64,000 nucleotides of DNA from Eledone cirrhosa (GCA_964016885.1 OZ024743.1:218116001-218180000); one strand, 5' to 3'. Shown: positions 28,050 through 42,986, counted from the stretch's first letter. Made by a program: numbers and translations. Notes: generated by a model not told the origin, from the letters alone.

Positions 28050-28563
28050 GTGTGTGTGTCTGTGTGTGTCTGTGTATGTATGTATATATGTATATATGTA
28101 TATATGTATATATGTACGTTCATATTTATGCAAGTGTTTGTTTTTGGTTGTTTACTTTGGCATTTAAGAAGCTTGGTGATCGGATAAATGTCACATGTTA
28201 TCACGCAACTGAGAAGTTCGACGTAAGATAGCTGAAAATAGAGGCAAGACAAGCGCTGAACATGTATCTAGAAAGAAAAGCAATGCAAAGTCGTATTGAA
28301 TAAATTTACACACAAAACACCTTGAACAATATGAATTGACGATTTGTCGAGAAATATTTGGTTTATAACCATTCAGACACAAACTTACTTCTGACAATCT
28401 TTCAGATTGGCATGCACCTACATGATTACGCACATAACTACACATAGACCTACATGCATTCATTCATTCACGCACAGATGCATATATTTATATATTTGTG
28501 TGTTTATATGTGTGTATATACATACGTGCGCACTCACACATGCTTCACACATACACACCACAC

Positions 28564-28620
<57 letters not shown>

Positions 28621-28911
28621 GGAAACAGGAATAACAACACAATGGAAGGAATATATTAGGTTAATGCTTGATATAGCAGGAAGAGGGTCTTATATATATA
28701 TATATATATATATATTCATTTTATATAGGTTAAATAGTGAGTCTTTTTATTCTAGTTTCTCTTTCTCATCACAAGATCATCAGACAATGTGATAAGAAAG
28801 TGAAACCCCGGAGTAATGAGACTCACTATTTAGACATATTAAAATGAATATTTAAACCCTTCGGTATTGAATACTCTTTTCTGTCAGCCGTCAACTACAT
28901 ACGGATGTATA

Positions 28912-29082
<171 letters not shown>

Positions 29083-29409
29083 ATGTATATATATAGGATC
29101 GATCGACTTTCGTTAAATCGGACCGAGGATATAATGTTTTCGTCGGTCTTTCCAGTTACTAGAGAGTACTAGTAACTGGAAAGACCGACGAAAACATTGT
29201 CTCAAAATATATACTCAAAATATATACTCAAAAAAAAAAAAAAAAATATATATATATATTGAGTATATGTTGGTTGTTTACCGACACCTCAGTATGCAGA
29301 TTGGAGCACTCGATGAAGTACGCAGGCTGGTTGGTTTACTCCGGAGTAATGTAAAATAATTAAGTAAAATATGTAAAATTTGGCTTCGTTTATTACAAAT
29401 TATAGATAT

Positions 29410-29464
29410 ACTGCTATATATATTTCGGTGACAGCCATCATTGGCTGTGACCTCTTCAAGCAGT
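29410..29464 (-). ncRNA. Hammerhead motif with a C3U core variant
   Basis: Minus strand ACUGC-UUGAAGA-GGUCACAGCCA(AUGA)UGGCUGUCACC-GAAA-UAUAUA-UA-GCAGU. All three stems pair. Confidence 0.7.
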
Positions 29465-30429
29465 CCGAATTGGTGTGGGAAAGACAGGTACACATGTCGT
29501 TGAAGTGTGTTTTACTCCGTCAATCCATCGATATGTCCAGCTCCTGGTAGTGTTGTTATTTATCTGAGGAACTGGAATCATATCATATGATTCCAGTTCC
29601 CCAGAGAAATAACAACACTACCAGTATGAGTTATTAACTCTAACTTTCATTTATATATATATATATTGTTTCCGAGGGAAAGGAGAGTGCTCTATGTAGG
29701 CTACAGAGCTATTTAGTTATGTAATAAACAACATAATGCAAGTATGTATATATGTGTATATATATGTGTATGTATATATGTGTGTGTACATGTAAGTATG
29801 TTTATGTGTATGTGTGTGAGTATAAGTATATTCGTGGGCAGAAGCTTATATATGTATGTGTATACATATATATACATATATATATTTATTATTTTCCCCA
29901 TTACATTACGTCCGTTATTTTATTTTATATCAGCCTCGCTTTCAATTGTTTTAGGCTTTGTTTTGAAATCCATACCTCACATCCCCTTCAAATAAAATTT
30001 CATTCTGACGAACGATTTCAGACGTCTGGTCCGAGCTCGTCTGTCTTCATGATACCTTTGGTAAATGGAATAATTGTCTTATGTTGTTTATTGCATAACT
30101 ATATATATATATTAATGGATTGACGAAACTACAATACCTAGAGGTACTTCAGGAGTACAAAAATAGAGACAGGATCACAAAGTATAGATACAGAAAATAA
30201 ATAGTAGCCCATAGTAAAAAAAAAAACAAAAAAAAAGCGAAAGTAATGCGAGTAAACAAGACAAACCTTTTAGGTAGTCTTGCTAAAGATTTTTAAACGC
30301 AGAGTAAAATATATTTTTACTTTGTCATTGAGCACACTTTCGTCTTATTTACAAAATCAAACTGATCAACTTAGATTAATCAAATGCTTTCGATGCGTTT
30401 GACAATCAGTATGTGACGGATGTCCTCAA

Positions 30430-32400
30430 GACAGCGTACAGTCACATCTGATCGAGAGTCAGAGCAAGTGGCCATCTGAAACTTTCAGTATCTTAATGTA
30501 GACTTTCCGTAACCATAACCAAGTATTTTGGCTATCACACACATTTTTAGTTTGTGTATGAATGCTGAAATCAGAGGCTTCTCATCAAATGTAATCTCAG
30601 TCTTTGTCTTTTCTGGATCTCCATTTTTCTCAAATATGCCTTCCCTGACAACTTTCTATATAAGTTTTTCTTTCTTTTTATGTATAATCCCATCCCACTT
30701 TCTTCTATTTTGACAGCATCATGTACGCTCAACAATCAGTTACCTCCTTTTCTTTCCGATATCACCTGTCTGCATCACCTTTTAGGTGTATACCTCAATA
30801 AATAGTGAGCATTTTCTTTTTTTTTTCGATCAACTTCCTTTAACTATACTTTCGTCCATTCTACTATACCTTACTCATACCTAATTAATGAAACAGCTCT
30901 GGAGAATATTTACACCATTCAAACTGGACTTGAGGATCGCGCTCAATCTTCGAAAGTACTCTTTTATAACAATTTATTTCGTGGTTTTTCTTTTTACTTT
31001 ATGGTTTTGTAGCTCGTCTGTTTCCAGTGTCTTGACGTTTTCACCGTTTGGAGAAAAAGTAAAGGCACCTTACCATCACACCTTACCAGTTTTTAACGCT
31101 TCACCTCTATCATTGCACAATTTGAAATGCCAAACTCCGTCCCATTGTCTTCGGAAATTACTCTGACTCTTTTGAACTAAGGTGTCTAGTTCTTCTACAT
31201 TACAACTATATTTTTAAATCATCCATAAACAATAAATGATTGACGCTGCTCCTATCTTTACAGACTGGCTTTTAAAAACAACTGACGACGGTATCATTGC
31301 AACAACAAACAAATTGGTGATAAACTGTCTCCTTGGAAGATGCACTGCTTTATCTTCATTTCACCTAATCTTTCTCCAGCTGATGTCAATTCTACTTTCC
31401 TTTTAGCCATTGATTTCTCTATAAGAAAATTGATGTTGTTTGATTTCCTTAAAATTCCCAAGCAGTGAAGAATCCAAGAAGGCGACTTCATGTCATTTGC
31501 CTTCTTGTAATCAATCTAAGCAAGATACAGATTGGTGAGCCTCTTTTCGCAGTTCTTCAGTAATATTTTATCAGCTATCAGCTGGTTTCTCGTTTCTCAG
31601 CTATTACACCTACATCCCATCTGCTCACCAGGAAGCAGATTTTCTCTCTCCAAGTCTGTAAACATTTCTTCAGCTAATGTTCCTTTCGATTTCTTCCAGT
31701 TGTTGAAACAATCTATTTTGGTTGTATTGGTTACTCATTTCTTCGTAGTTCTTTAGTTTTGCAGTCTTTGTTTTTATTTGTTATTAGACCTCCTCTAAAA
31801 CTGCATTAATTCACTTATTCTTCACAGGATATTGTCTTTTCTGTACTCCTTTTTTCCATTCGTTCTGTAACCTTCCATTTTTCCATTCCTCCAATTTGCT
31901 TAGATCCTTCTCCAATTTTGTAACACAGTTATGAATCATTCTCTTCCACCATGGCTGCCTGTTAGTCTCTTTTCGTTTTCTTTTTATTCCCAACAAGTCA
32001 GTTATATTTGCCCCAGCAGTATTGTACATTGAGTTCGTTGACAAGATTTTTCTCTCTAGTGTTTTTTCTATCAGCAGCCTTCTTGTTAATTACTTCAAGT
32101 TCATCTGGGTTTTCCAGTTTTGTATTCTCTTCAACAAAATTCACACTTTTTACTTTATTTCTTTCAACAACACTTTCTACAGAATCTCACTTGTTTGACT
32201 CTCCATTCTCTGTTTCATGATGACCTCTCCTATTCTCTGTCATCTTCAGTTTCTCTGTCGTCTTCAGTTTTCTCAATCATTCTTTCAATCTCCTTAATTT
32301 CTACATTTAACAACCAGCCTGTTTCTCATATGAATCATGTGTGGCTAGTAATCTGAGCTTCAGTTGCATGGAACACACTTATCTCATTCCAAATATTATT
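30430..32400 (-). pseudogene. Old, fragmented R4-clade RLE LINE
   Basis: IFQGDSLSP (31294..31491), VNHLLFMDDLK near 31215-31245 and QPWWKR..LEKDLSKL, with many stops and frameshifts. Confidence 0.8.
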
Positions 32401-32636
32401 ATTTTTGACTACAGAAAACAGTCTAATAAAAACAGAACGGGAAAACATGGGCATTGGTGTGCGTAGGAATCGAACTCTAACTTTCATGGGTGCGTGCGAA
32501 TCGAACTCTAACTTTCATGGCGTAAATTGGCTGGCACGGTTATCATGAAAATAAAAGTTGCGGGTTCGATTCCTCCGCAAGCTAATGTACTTTTTTGTTG
32601 TTGTTGTTCAAGGGGTTTATACGCACTATTATTATT

Positions 32637-33327
32637 AGGGCGGAGGATTGGCTGTATCGGTAGAGGGTCAGACGCCATGCCTTGCAGCAAAGAGTTACGG
32701 CCCTTTATGGTCTGAGTTCAAATCCCGCCGAGGTTAACTTTGCCTTTCATCCTTACGGGGTCGATAAAATAAAGTACCAGTAATACACTGGGATGATTGC
32801 TGGCCTTGTGCCAAAAAGTAGAAACAATTACTAGATTATTTACTGTAGTAAGAAAATACGGCGTAGTTACTAACTCAATTCAATTTTTATTATGTGGAAT
32901 GGCAGAATCGGTAGAGCGTCGGACAATATACTTTACAGCAGAGAGTTATGGCCCTTTACGTTCTGAGTTCAAATCCCGCTGAGGTTAACTTTGCCTTTCA
33001 TCCTTGCGAGGTTGATAGAATAAAGTACTATTGCACCTGGGTCAATTTAATCGACTTTCCCCTCCCCCAAAATTGCTGGCCTTATGTCTATTGTAGAAAT
33101 CATTATTATTATTATTAAGGGTGTGGATTGGCAATATCGGTAGGGTGTTGTACAACATGATTTGAGGCATAGAGCTACGTCCCTTTACTACTGATTTCAA
33201 ATCCCGCTGAGGCTACCTTTGCCTTGCGAGGTTGATAAAATAAAGTACCAGTAATGCACTGGGGTCGATTTAATCGACTTCATCCTCCATAAACATTGTT
33301 GGCCTTGTGCCTAAATCAGAAATCAGT
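32637..33327 (+). mobile_element. Three head-to-tail copies of the dominant tRNA SINE
   Basis: Copies at about 32637-32829, 32893-33106 and 33116-33327. A partial inverted copy follows at 33594-33709. Confidence 0.87.
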
Positions 33328-33793
33328 TTTATTGCTATTATTGATTTCCATTACTTGGATGTCTATGACAGTCATCATTAGTACTGCAGAAGCAATTCAA
33401 ACGATTCAATATAAACAATTGTTGTTGTTGTTGTTTTCTCTCCTTGGCTGGTGGCAGCACATATTTGCAATTAGGACTTGAACATACTACATTTTATATT
33501 GTTTGGGTTTACTATAGTATATAACATTGGAAAATAAAACTGTTCGCTCATACTCTACTAATCTCTCTCTCATTGAATAATGATGATGAAAATAATTGTT
33601 TCTACTTTTGGCACAAGGCCAGCAATTACCTACTACATTACTGGTACTTTATTTTATCGACCCCGTAAGGATGAAAGGCAAAGTGAACCTCGGCGGGATT
33701 TGAACTCAGATGATGAAAATAATGTGCACACATACATAGACGTACAAACGTACACACTCACATACAAATATATATATATATATATATATAATG

Positions 33794-33883
<90 letters not shown>

Positions 33884-33885
<2 letters not shown>

Positions 33886-34418
33886 AGCAGAGTAGCCCGT
33901 CGTTGTCAGGGAATTTTCATCATAGAATGACTTTCTTTCAAATAATATCTCTCCTTACTTATTCCCCGTGGCCCCTTCCCGTGAATCCTCAATCGTTCTC
34001 AAGGTTAATTCTTTGGAAATGATATCAGTGGATTGTTGTGTATTTAGCGTGAGCGTCTTCACGTAAACATAGGATGACCTCTGAGGACAACTCTCTGTGT
34101 CATAGCGAAAACAATGCCCCCTGGTGATGGCATAGATGGACTGAATACTATTGTCCCACTGAAGGAATGCATGAAACGATCAATAAAAGCCAGACTTCTC
34201 AAATTGTCACTGTAACAGGGATTGATAATAGTATATATTTTTATTTTTGGTTTTTATTTTACACGTTTCAGAATTAAAAAACTCCGTGTTTCAAAAAACC
34301 TTCTCCCTGGGAGGCAGCTTTCGAAAATCAAATCGGTTTTTCTCTAGCACGATCTGTTCTGGAAGCTTTCGTTGACTTACATATATATATACACACAGAT
34401 ACACATTCATACATATTT

Positions 34419-34444
<26 letters not shown>
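33884..34444 (-). mobile_element. Non-autonomous Helitron-like element
   Basis: The minus strand starts TCTATATA.. and ends with a degenerate hairpin CCCTGACAACGACGGG about 8 nt before CTAG-T. No TSD. Confidence 0.6.
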
Positions 34445-34482
<38 letters not shown>

Positions 34483-34517
34483 AGAAAGAGAGAGAGAGGG
34501 GGGATCAGCGATAACAT

Positions 34518-34594
<77 letters not shown>

Positions 34595-35289
34595 ATGCTT
34601 TTTTGTTACTGCTGACATTGCAGCGATCGGAAACGAAAGTTTTTCTGCTACCATAAATACACAACAGCAGCAATTACCAGTATTCGCACAACGCCATCTC
34701 CTATAACATATAAAGTGCCAATATCTTTAACATACCATTACAAACCTATCTGGTTTAAAATAATCATTCTTTGACACGTCTTTCGGACATCATTAGAATT
34801 CTATGTCGTAAAAAGTTTTTCAGTAAACAGGGGGAAAAAATTACTACGGCTAAGTTTTAATGGCTTTTGATGTGTTTGTTGCCAACTGTCGGCTATTAAA
34901 AGCTGTCGATATTTCCATCAACCAAATGGGGTGCTTAAGTTGAATAGATTCGAAATGAAGTCGCTATGTTATATTAACTGAGATTTGCAATGACATTTGT
35001 TCTCATTGAAATAGAAATATAGATATTACTGTGCGACGAATTAATATCGAAAAAGCTTTTAGTTAGCTGTCGACACACGAGCAGAACACTTACACATATA
35101 GACATCATATTCTCTCTCACAAACATACAGATGTAGTCCGACACACATACACACAAAGAAAGGGAGAGAGGGAACCAGACACAAGCTGAGTCACATGTGG
35201 GAATAGGTTAGAATTAATAATTTCTGAATGCATAGTATTACACTATTTGCACGGGTGTGGATATTTATTTCTGCACGTAGCAATATGGC

Positions 35290-35452
<163 letters not shown>

Positions 35453-35593
35453 TAAAAGAAGCGCACAGAACCAAGACATCGAAAAAACAGACAGTCCTTT
35501 CTCTCTCACATACACAGAAACATACACACACACACACATACACACATACACACATACACACATATATATACAGTATATATATATATATATACA

Positions 35594-35674
<81 letters not shown>

Positions 35675-35830
35675 AAAGTTAAAGAAGGTTCAATGAATAC
35701 ATCAAAGAATGGGTTTTACAATAGATTGGAAGCACTTAACAGAAAAAGCTTTTCCAGAGTTATTAATATTAATTCAAAATATTAACAAAATATATATATC
35801 TACTATGTCAGGGTATGTCATGCATCATCT

Positions 35831-35897
35831 TATTTTATCTGATGAGGACGTACTGTTGAACTGAACTTAGTACCTCTGAAATATGTATAATAAAATA
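35831..35897 (+). ncRNA. Minimal type I hammerhead motif (TATTTTAT family)
   Basis: UAUUUUAU-CUGAUGA-GGACGUACU..AGUACCUCU-GAAA-UAUGUA-UA-AUAAAAUA, with a perfect 8-bp stem I. Confidence 0.82.
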
Positions 35898-36546
35898 TAA
35901 TTGATCACAAGAATATCTATTTTGTTAATATTTTGAATTAATATATATATATATATACACAGTTCAAGAGTAACCAATATTAGAGAGAGAGATGGAGATA
36001 GGAGAGGAGATAGGAGAGGAGAGATTGGTGAATTAGTTAGAAGCCAAAGCGTAAAGGCATGTGCTCAATGTGCAATATGCAGTGGAAAGCAGCTAGGTGG
36101 CTGGGTTCATGCAGAGGTTAGGCGCACAGAGCTGGAAATATTCATTATCTAAAAGGTAAACAGAAATAACAACACAATCGGTACAGTATATGAAAGGGAT
36201 ATATTACGTTAAAGCTTGATATAGCAGGAAGATGGTCTTAATGTTTCGGATGCTAGTCATTCATCAGAAGAAAGAATGAGAAATAAGATAGATTGAGGGG
36301 ACGGGCGGGGGAATTGGAAAAAATGTCTCTAGATAAAAATAACAGGTCCATTCATGTTGACATCACTTGCAAAACTATACATATTCTTTTTTTTACTGAT
36401 TTATGACTGCGGCCATAGTGGGACACCACCATGATTTAGTCGTTCATACAGACCACAGTACTTAGTTCTCCAGACTGGAACTTGTTTTTTCGATCATATA
36501 ACACATACACACACACCCAGTCACGCACTCAGACAATACGCACATG

Positions 36547-36583
<37 letters not shown>

Positions 36584-36593
36584 TGTATATATA

Positions 36594-36668
<75 letters not shown>

Positions 36669-37145
36669 TAATAAATTTACCAAATCAGACTACCGCATGC
36701 TTTGTCACACGAGGCATTCTACTACTGTGCCACACCACACACTATCTTGCTCAATGATAACTGAAATGAATTCTAGAAACAGAGTATACATACACAGATT
36801 TAATAGCGTGGTGGGAATAACCGAATAATTATGGTTATAAATCAATTCAATTAATAAAAAATATCAAAAATGCTGATATATACCGATACCAGGGCTGGTT
36901 TCACCAATGCCAAACTGTTTGTATCAGGTATGTAAATAAGTTCATATTCCAATATAACAACTCAGAATTGATATAGGATCTTCAGGAATTTTATTCAGTA
37001 AGCAACACAAATTTCAGTCAACCGACATGCTAGTAATAGTTAGCTCTGTTTCCATGTGTCTACCAGCGGCTTGAAATCAAATCTCTGTACCCACTATGTT
37101 CTCTAAAAGAGACAAGTTAGCAGAAAAAATCTGTATTATATATAG

Positions 37146-37334
37146 AACGGTGGATTGGCAGTATCGGTAGAGGGTCGGACGCCATGCTTTGACGCATAGA
37201 GTTACGGCCCTTGCCATTCTGAGTTCAAATCGCGCCGAGGTTAACTTTGCCTTTCATCCTTACGGGGTCGATAAAATAAAGTACCAGTAATGTACTGGGT
37301 AATTTCTGGCCTTGTGCCAATAGTAGAAACAATT
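37146..37334 (+). mobile_element. Dominant tRNA SINE copy
   Basis: Near-complete match to 9852-10042 and 32637-32829. Confidence 0.88.
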
Positions 37335-37436
37335 ATATATAGAAATGACTTCTACATAAGTAGAACTGTTTCATTCGTATAAAATCATCAGATAAAGTTA
37401 AAAAGTGTGTGTGTGTATGTGTGTGTGTGTGTGTGT

Positions 37437-37537
<101 letters not shown>

Positions 37538-38186
37538 TGCCTGTCTGGTGTGTTGTACTTAGTACGCCTACTTATAAGATAGAGGGAGTAAAACACAGGT
37601 TAATTGTAATGATTTATTATAAGAAATGAAAGATTGAATACTTCATAATGATCAATCGTTTCGTTGAGGGCTGATAGCTTCGTATTGATATAGTATTAAT
37701 AAAATGGAGATATTATATAGTATTTAAGTGGAATCTGTCTTGTAGTATACGTCGGTCATCAATTTCATTAGATGACCTCGGCTTCGTGAACACCAGTGGC
37801 TTCGTAGATAATTGACTATTAATTCAACAATGGGTTGGCACAACTACTCCAGTTAGCGGGGAAATCTATAAGTATGCAAGTGTGGCGAGCCGCATGTTCA
37901 TTAGAAAAATCAAAATGAATGTTTCACCTTTGATTGAGGGATGACTCAAGAAGAAGAAAGATAGAGTGGATGGATTGAGAGTTATTTTTTTATAGATGGA
38001 GATTAATTCTGGTTTACTTGTTTTTAGCTTGTTTTGTTTTTTTTAGTTTTTAGTATTTTTATATATTTGGTTGCGTATGTACATATGAGTGTATGTACAT
38101 GAGTACGTATAAATTGGTGTAGGAGTTTACATGTATCTAGATGGGTGAAACATGTGGGTCATGAGTTGTATTCAATTGTGTGAGAG

Positions 38187-38404
38187 TACGAGGGTCGACT
38201 GAAAAGTTCATAGGCTGCCTATGAAGGAATGGTGCTAGAGCTGTGAAATCTTGCATGCATTAATTTCAATTCTTCTTAGTAATAACTGCACTGTTTCTTT
38301 TCAGGAACTATGTTAAAAACTAAACCTCATTTGGTCAACCCATGAGAGAATCTGGGACAGCCTATGAACTTTTCAGCCTATGAACTTCTACGTCGACCTT
38401 CGTA
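38187..38404 (+). mobile_element. Mariner-derived MITE
   Basis: TA-CGAGGGTCGACTGAAAAGTTCATAGGCTG ... CAGCCTATGAACTT..GTCGACCTTCG-TA, with TA flanks. Confidence 0.82.
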
Positions 38405-39186
38405 GTTGAGTGCATGTGGAATGTATTTGGGTTGGTAGGGATGAATAATTTGCGATAAGGAAATTTAGGAAATAATTATATTTTCTTTCCTCGTAGGTAG
38501 CAGCTTGAACTATGGTTCAAATCTTAGTGTTCATATGGACAACAGACGAACGTCGGATGGAACAACTGTGTATGTGTGCATACAGATATTGATATTTGTA
38601 GAACGCTCTGGAATTTGTAAAGATGGCTAATATTGGAATAATACCATTTAAGAAATAATTTAACCTAAAGTTTAGTTTTTTAAAGTCTATTTTTGTATGG
38701 GTAGTATTTATCTGGATTCAACCATTATCGATAAAATAAATACCATACAAGTACTGATTATATAGACTGCATCCTGCCCCAAAAGTATGCACAATTTATA
38801 GCATTCTATTTACAGCTTGGTGGACTGGGTTATTGAGAATTAATTAGCTCAGGTCTAAAGGTATGACAACAGTATTGATGGTGAAGCAGTGGTGTACACT
38901 TAGTTACTCTCGAGGCCGACATGGTATTGACACACCTTTGTAATAGCAACATTACAAGTCTACTACTTCAACATTTCAAATTTCATATAGAATGACATTT
39001 AATGAGAAAGGAAACAAAATTATAGAAAAGAAACACTTAATGAAGCTGCACAGAACAAAATTAAAATGAAAAAAACTCTATGGATGTCTTGTTAATTAAG
39101 AAATAGTTCAGATTGTTTTTCTTCTTTATATATTTACTTTTTCTTTTTGGTTATACTTTTTCTTCTTTCGTGCTTTAGTCTTCCGT

Positions 39187-39258
<72 letters not shown>

Positions 39259-39815
39259 GAGTGTGTGTGTGTGTTCGATATATGTAGCCATGTACTTCTG
39301 CCTGAATAACTCATTACACACAATACACGGACGATGTATGTAATAATTTTATACCTTAATGCACGTAAGCAAACACACACAGACACCAGCTTTATGCATG
39401 TGTGTATGTATGCATACGTGTATGTATATATGAATGAATTATGTACATATATTCATTTGTATGTATACGTTAAGACAAACTGACGTAGTTTTATTCACAC
39501 TGGCACCCAAACATCTAAAACCAGAAGTACTGGTAAAAAAGTGCTCACTCTGTAAAGTTAGATCTATCAGACCCATAAGTGCTGCACTTTCCTATACATG
39601 CTCTCCTGTAGACGTGGGTTTCATCGTCCAGGCAAGCCCTCATCAGCTCCTTCCATACACACCATACATGACATATAAAGCAATTCTGGATCCTGGCCGT
39701 CTCCGGCATGGAAGGACGGGTATCTATACATCTACTCGGCTGCATTCCTATATATGTGCGTGACTGTGTGTATATATATATATATATACATACACACACA
39801 CACACACACACACAT

Positions 39816-39975
<160 letters not shown>

Positions 39976-40436
39976 CTGTTAGAAATATATCGATATAATA
40001 TAGTTTTAAATTTGAATTTCTTTATTTTTTGTTGAGCGGTTTGCTAGCCACCTTACACTAAATGCCATTTCTATTATATTTATGAGATGTTTATTTTAAT
40101 AAACCTTATAATAACTCAACATTGTTTGAAAATTCAATTTCACATGTTAATTTTGAAGATTTGATCACTTTCTGCAAAGATCTGATAAAGTTATTGTATT
40201 TGAATGTTTGATATTTCTAGCTCTGTATGCTCTTTTTTTACTCTTTCTTTCTACATTCGCTTCTGAGTGTATAAAATGAATTCTTTTAAACGTGTGACTA
40301 CTAGATACATAAATTCGTGTACGGAAAATGAATGGGTTTGATAATCCATTTTAGTGGTAAGAAACTCTCAAGAGAGCTGGAGAGCAGAAGGTCTTCAGTG
40401 AAGAAACAAACCCCACCTCCTCAAGCAAGTGTCTCG

Positions 40437-40586
40437 GCCTTCAACTTCTTACACTCCAAGAGAGCCGGGCTTCTACTAAAATTTAGCCTTTAACTTCTTA
40501 CACTCCAAGAGAGCCGGGCTTCTACTCAAATTTAGCCTTTAACTTCTTACACTCCAAGAGAGCCGGGCTTCTACTCAAATTTAGCC
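40437..40586. repeat. Three tandem copies of a 49-bp unit
   Basis: GCCTTTAACTTCTTACACTCCAAGAGAGCCGGGCTTCTACTCAAATTTA at 40437, 40486 and 40535, with no spacers. Confidence 0.95.
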
Positions 40587-41530
40587 ATTCGAATATTGGA
40601 GATTTGTTGTGTATTTAAACCGTATGACATTTTGTTGACAGGATCTAGGTGGACCTCCTCTCTGTTGCCTTTGCTTTCAAATTTATATTTAAACCATGTC
40701 TTGGGTTTGAAAATATAACGTTTTTAGTCATAGTAGCGGTGAGACGTGAACAGCATCACCGCCACCAACAACACCACAACCAAGACTCACTCAGAGTCAT
40801 TTCCCTTAGCGTGCGTTAATGATGGTTAAATCAAATAGAGTCTATTTGATTTACTCATTATTGTGTATCATTATATTATCGCCCTAAACCTTAATATATA
40901 CACCTTCATTTAGCTGTTTAAACATATGAAACCTTTTCGTTACTGCGAGATCATTATTTCCCTAATTAACTTACATATGTGTTGTGTGTGGGTGGATGTG
41001 TGTGCGTGTGTGTGTGTGTAAGTATGAATATGAAAATGCGTATTTCAGTGTCTAGTTAAGGTAGGGGTCGTCGACTCGCAATCGTAAAATCGTGAGCTGG
41101 ATTTCCTGCTCCAATCCATTCTACTCGCAAAAATGAGTTGTAACTGCAATTGAAATGACCAGCGTTATTTTGTTAAACTGTCTGTAAGGTTTGGATCTCC
41201 CTGGGGTTGCGTTATGTATGTGTGACTATGGAATACTCAGCCACTTGCACTTTAATTTTAATTGCTATAAATTAATGTTTTGTCTCTCGTCCCTTATTCC
41301 ACTAGACAGCGTTTGGCTTATGTCACATGCTGTGACTCCGGATAGACCAGCAGTGCCATTGGTAGGGGGTTGAAACTGCCCAAGTCCATCTTAACGGCCG
41401 ATGACCTTGGTGTTCTGTGTCCTTCGTTTCTATTTTTTATTTTAAAAAATAATTTTTTAAGGTTTCCCCTTAAAAAATTGCTTTTCGTTCCTTTCTTTGT
41501 TAAATTTCTGAAGTATATATATGCGTGTGT

Positions 41531-41572
<42 letters not shown>

Positions 41573-41738
41573 TGCAACCAGCCTCCTCCCCTTTTATTTC
41601 ACACTTTTTCTTCTACTTATTTTGTCGTTCATAAACCTTTCTGTTCCATCACTATATAGAATTATTTGCTTTTCTACTTACTTTTATTTTGTCTCTATCT
41701 CATATTCACACACGGTTTGTTTCTTGACAGTCTCTCTC

Positions 41739-41782
<44 letters not shown>

Positions 41783-41852
41783 CCCCCCCCTCTCTCTCTC
41801 CTTCTCATTCTCTTCTTTTGTTTCTTTCTTATGAATATGTGTGTGTATGTAT

Positions 41853-41974
<122 letters not shown>

Positions 41975-42986
41975 TGTTTCTTTCTTACCATCCTGTCTTC
42001 CCTTTCCGTTTTGCTCTCAAGCAATATTAAGTAATTACGTTTAAATGTTCGAACGTCAAAGCTTTCATAACAAACATTGTAACATTGCTACTATTCTATT
42101 TTCAGTTTCTATATTTAGAGTCACATCATTCACAATACAATTGTTTCAAATCCTGCAACCTCTGTCGAGTGCATTTCACCCACAACCAAAATACTACCGT
42201 GTGCACACCTCACTGCCTCTTGACATTTCTCTACACCGTGTCCCTCCTCTATCCACACACCAAACAACCTGCTGAAGAGTCCTTCCCCAAGAGAGCTACA
42301 ATGCTCCGGAAGAATCTGTCTGGCCATGTATTTTCATTTATAATTAACCTTCCCTTCAGCTCTTCAAAAGTAGAAGTAAAGAAATCAATATTTATCTTAT
42401 TAAAATCACCAAACACAACTTTACATCTCTGATAAAAACTGGATAAAAAATGTATAATGATGATGATGATTTATTTTTAATAATAAATTTCTACTGCGAC
42501 AAATAACTGTTGAGTAACTTGCTTTACATATTTTATTTTATTCTATTATTTTACCTGTTGTTTTTGTTTGTTTATTGTTGTTTATTGTTTTTCTTATTGT
42601 TGACATTTCTTTTTCTTCCTCTTCTTTTTCTTCCTCTGTAAGTTGCATTAAGGAAATAAATATAGAGCTTGTTATTAGCTGCTCTCACTAATGTAAGAAG
42701 AATCAAAATATGTAGCATTCATTGTAGTGTGAATTAAATCCAAACAAACTAATCTCGGAGTATCACAATTGGTAGGATGATGAGTTCACATTCTAATGGA
42801 GGTGTCTTTATGTACTTAGGTTCTTATGCAGGCCATAGATTTCGTAGAATAAGACAAAATAACTCAAGTAAAAAGAAAAAATATTAATCGAACTAATAAC
42901 CTTATATTTTCTTCTGTGCCTTACTCTATATTTAGATACATTATTTTCTAGTTTCCTCTTCACACCCATATACATTAACACATATA

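Noticed and set aside
29563-29610. CTGAGGA...GAAA as another hammerhead
   Set aside because: Unpaired bases separate stem II from GAAA and no stem I or III forms. It is a coincidence inside an inverted repeat.
32518-32580. Functional tRNA gene (also the heads of the SINE copies)
   Set aside because: Box A and B motifs are present, but no convincing cloverleaf or acceptor stem can be drawn.
40437-40586. 49-bp repeats as a CRISPR array
   Set aside because: The units are contiguous with no unique spacers, there are no cas genes, and the context is eukaryotic.
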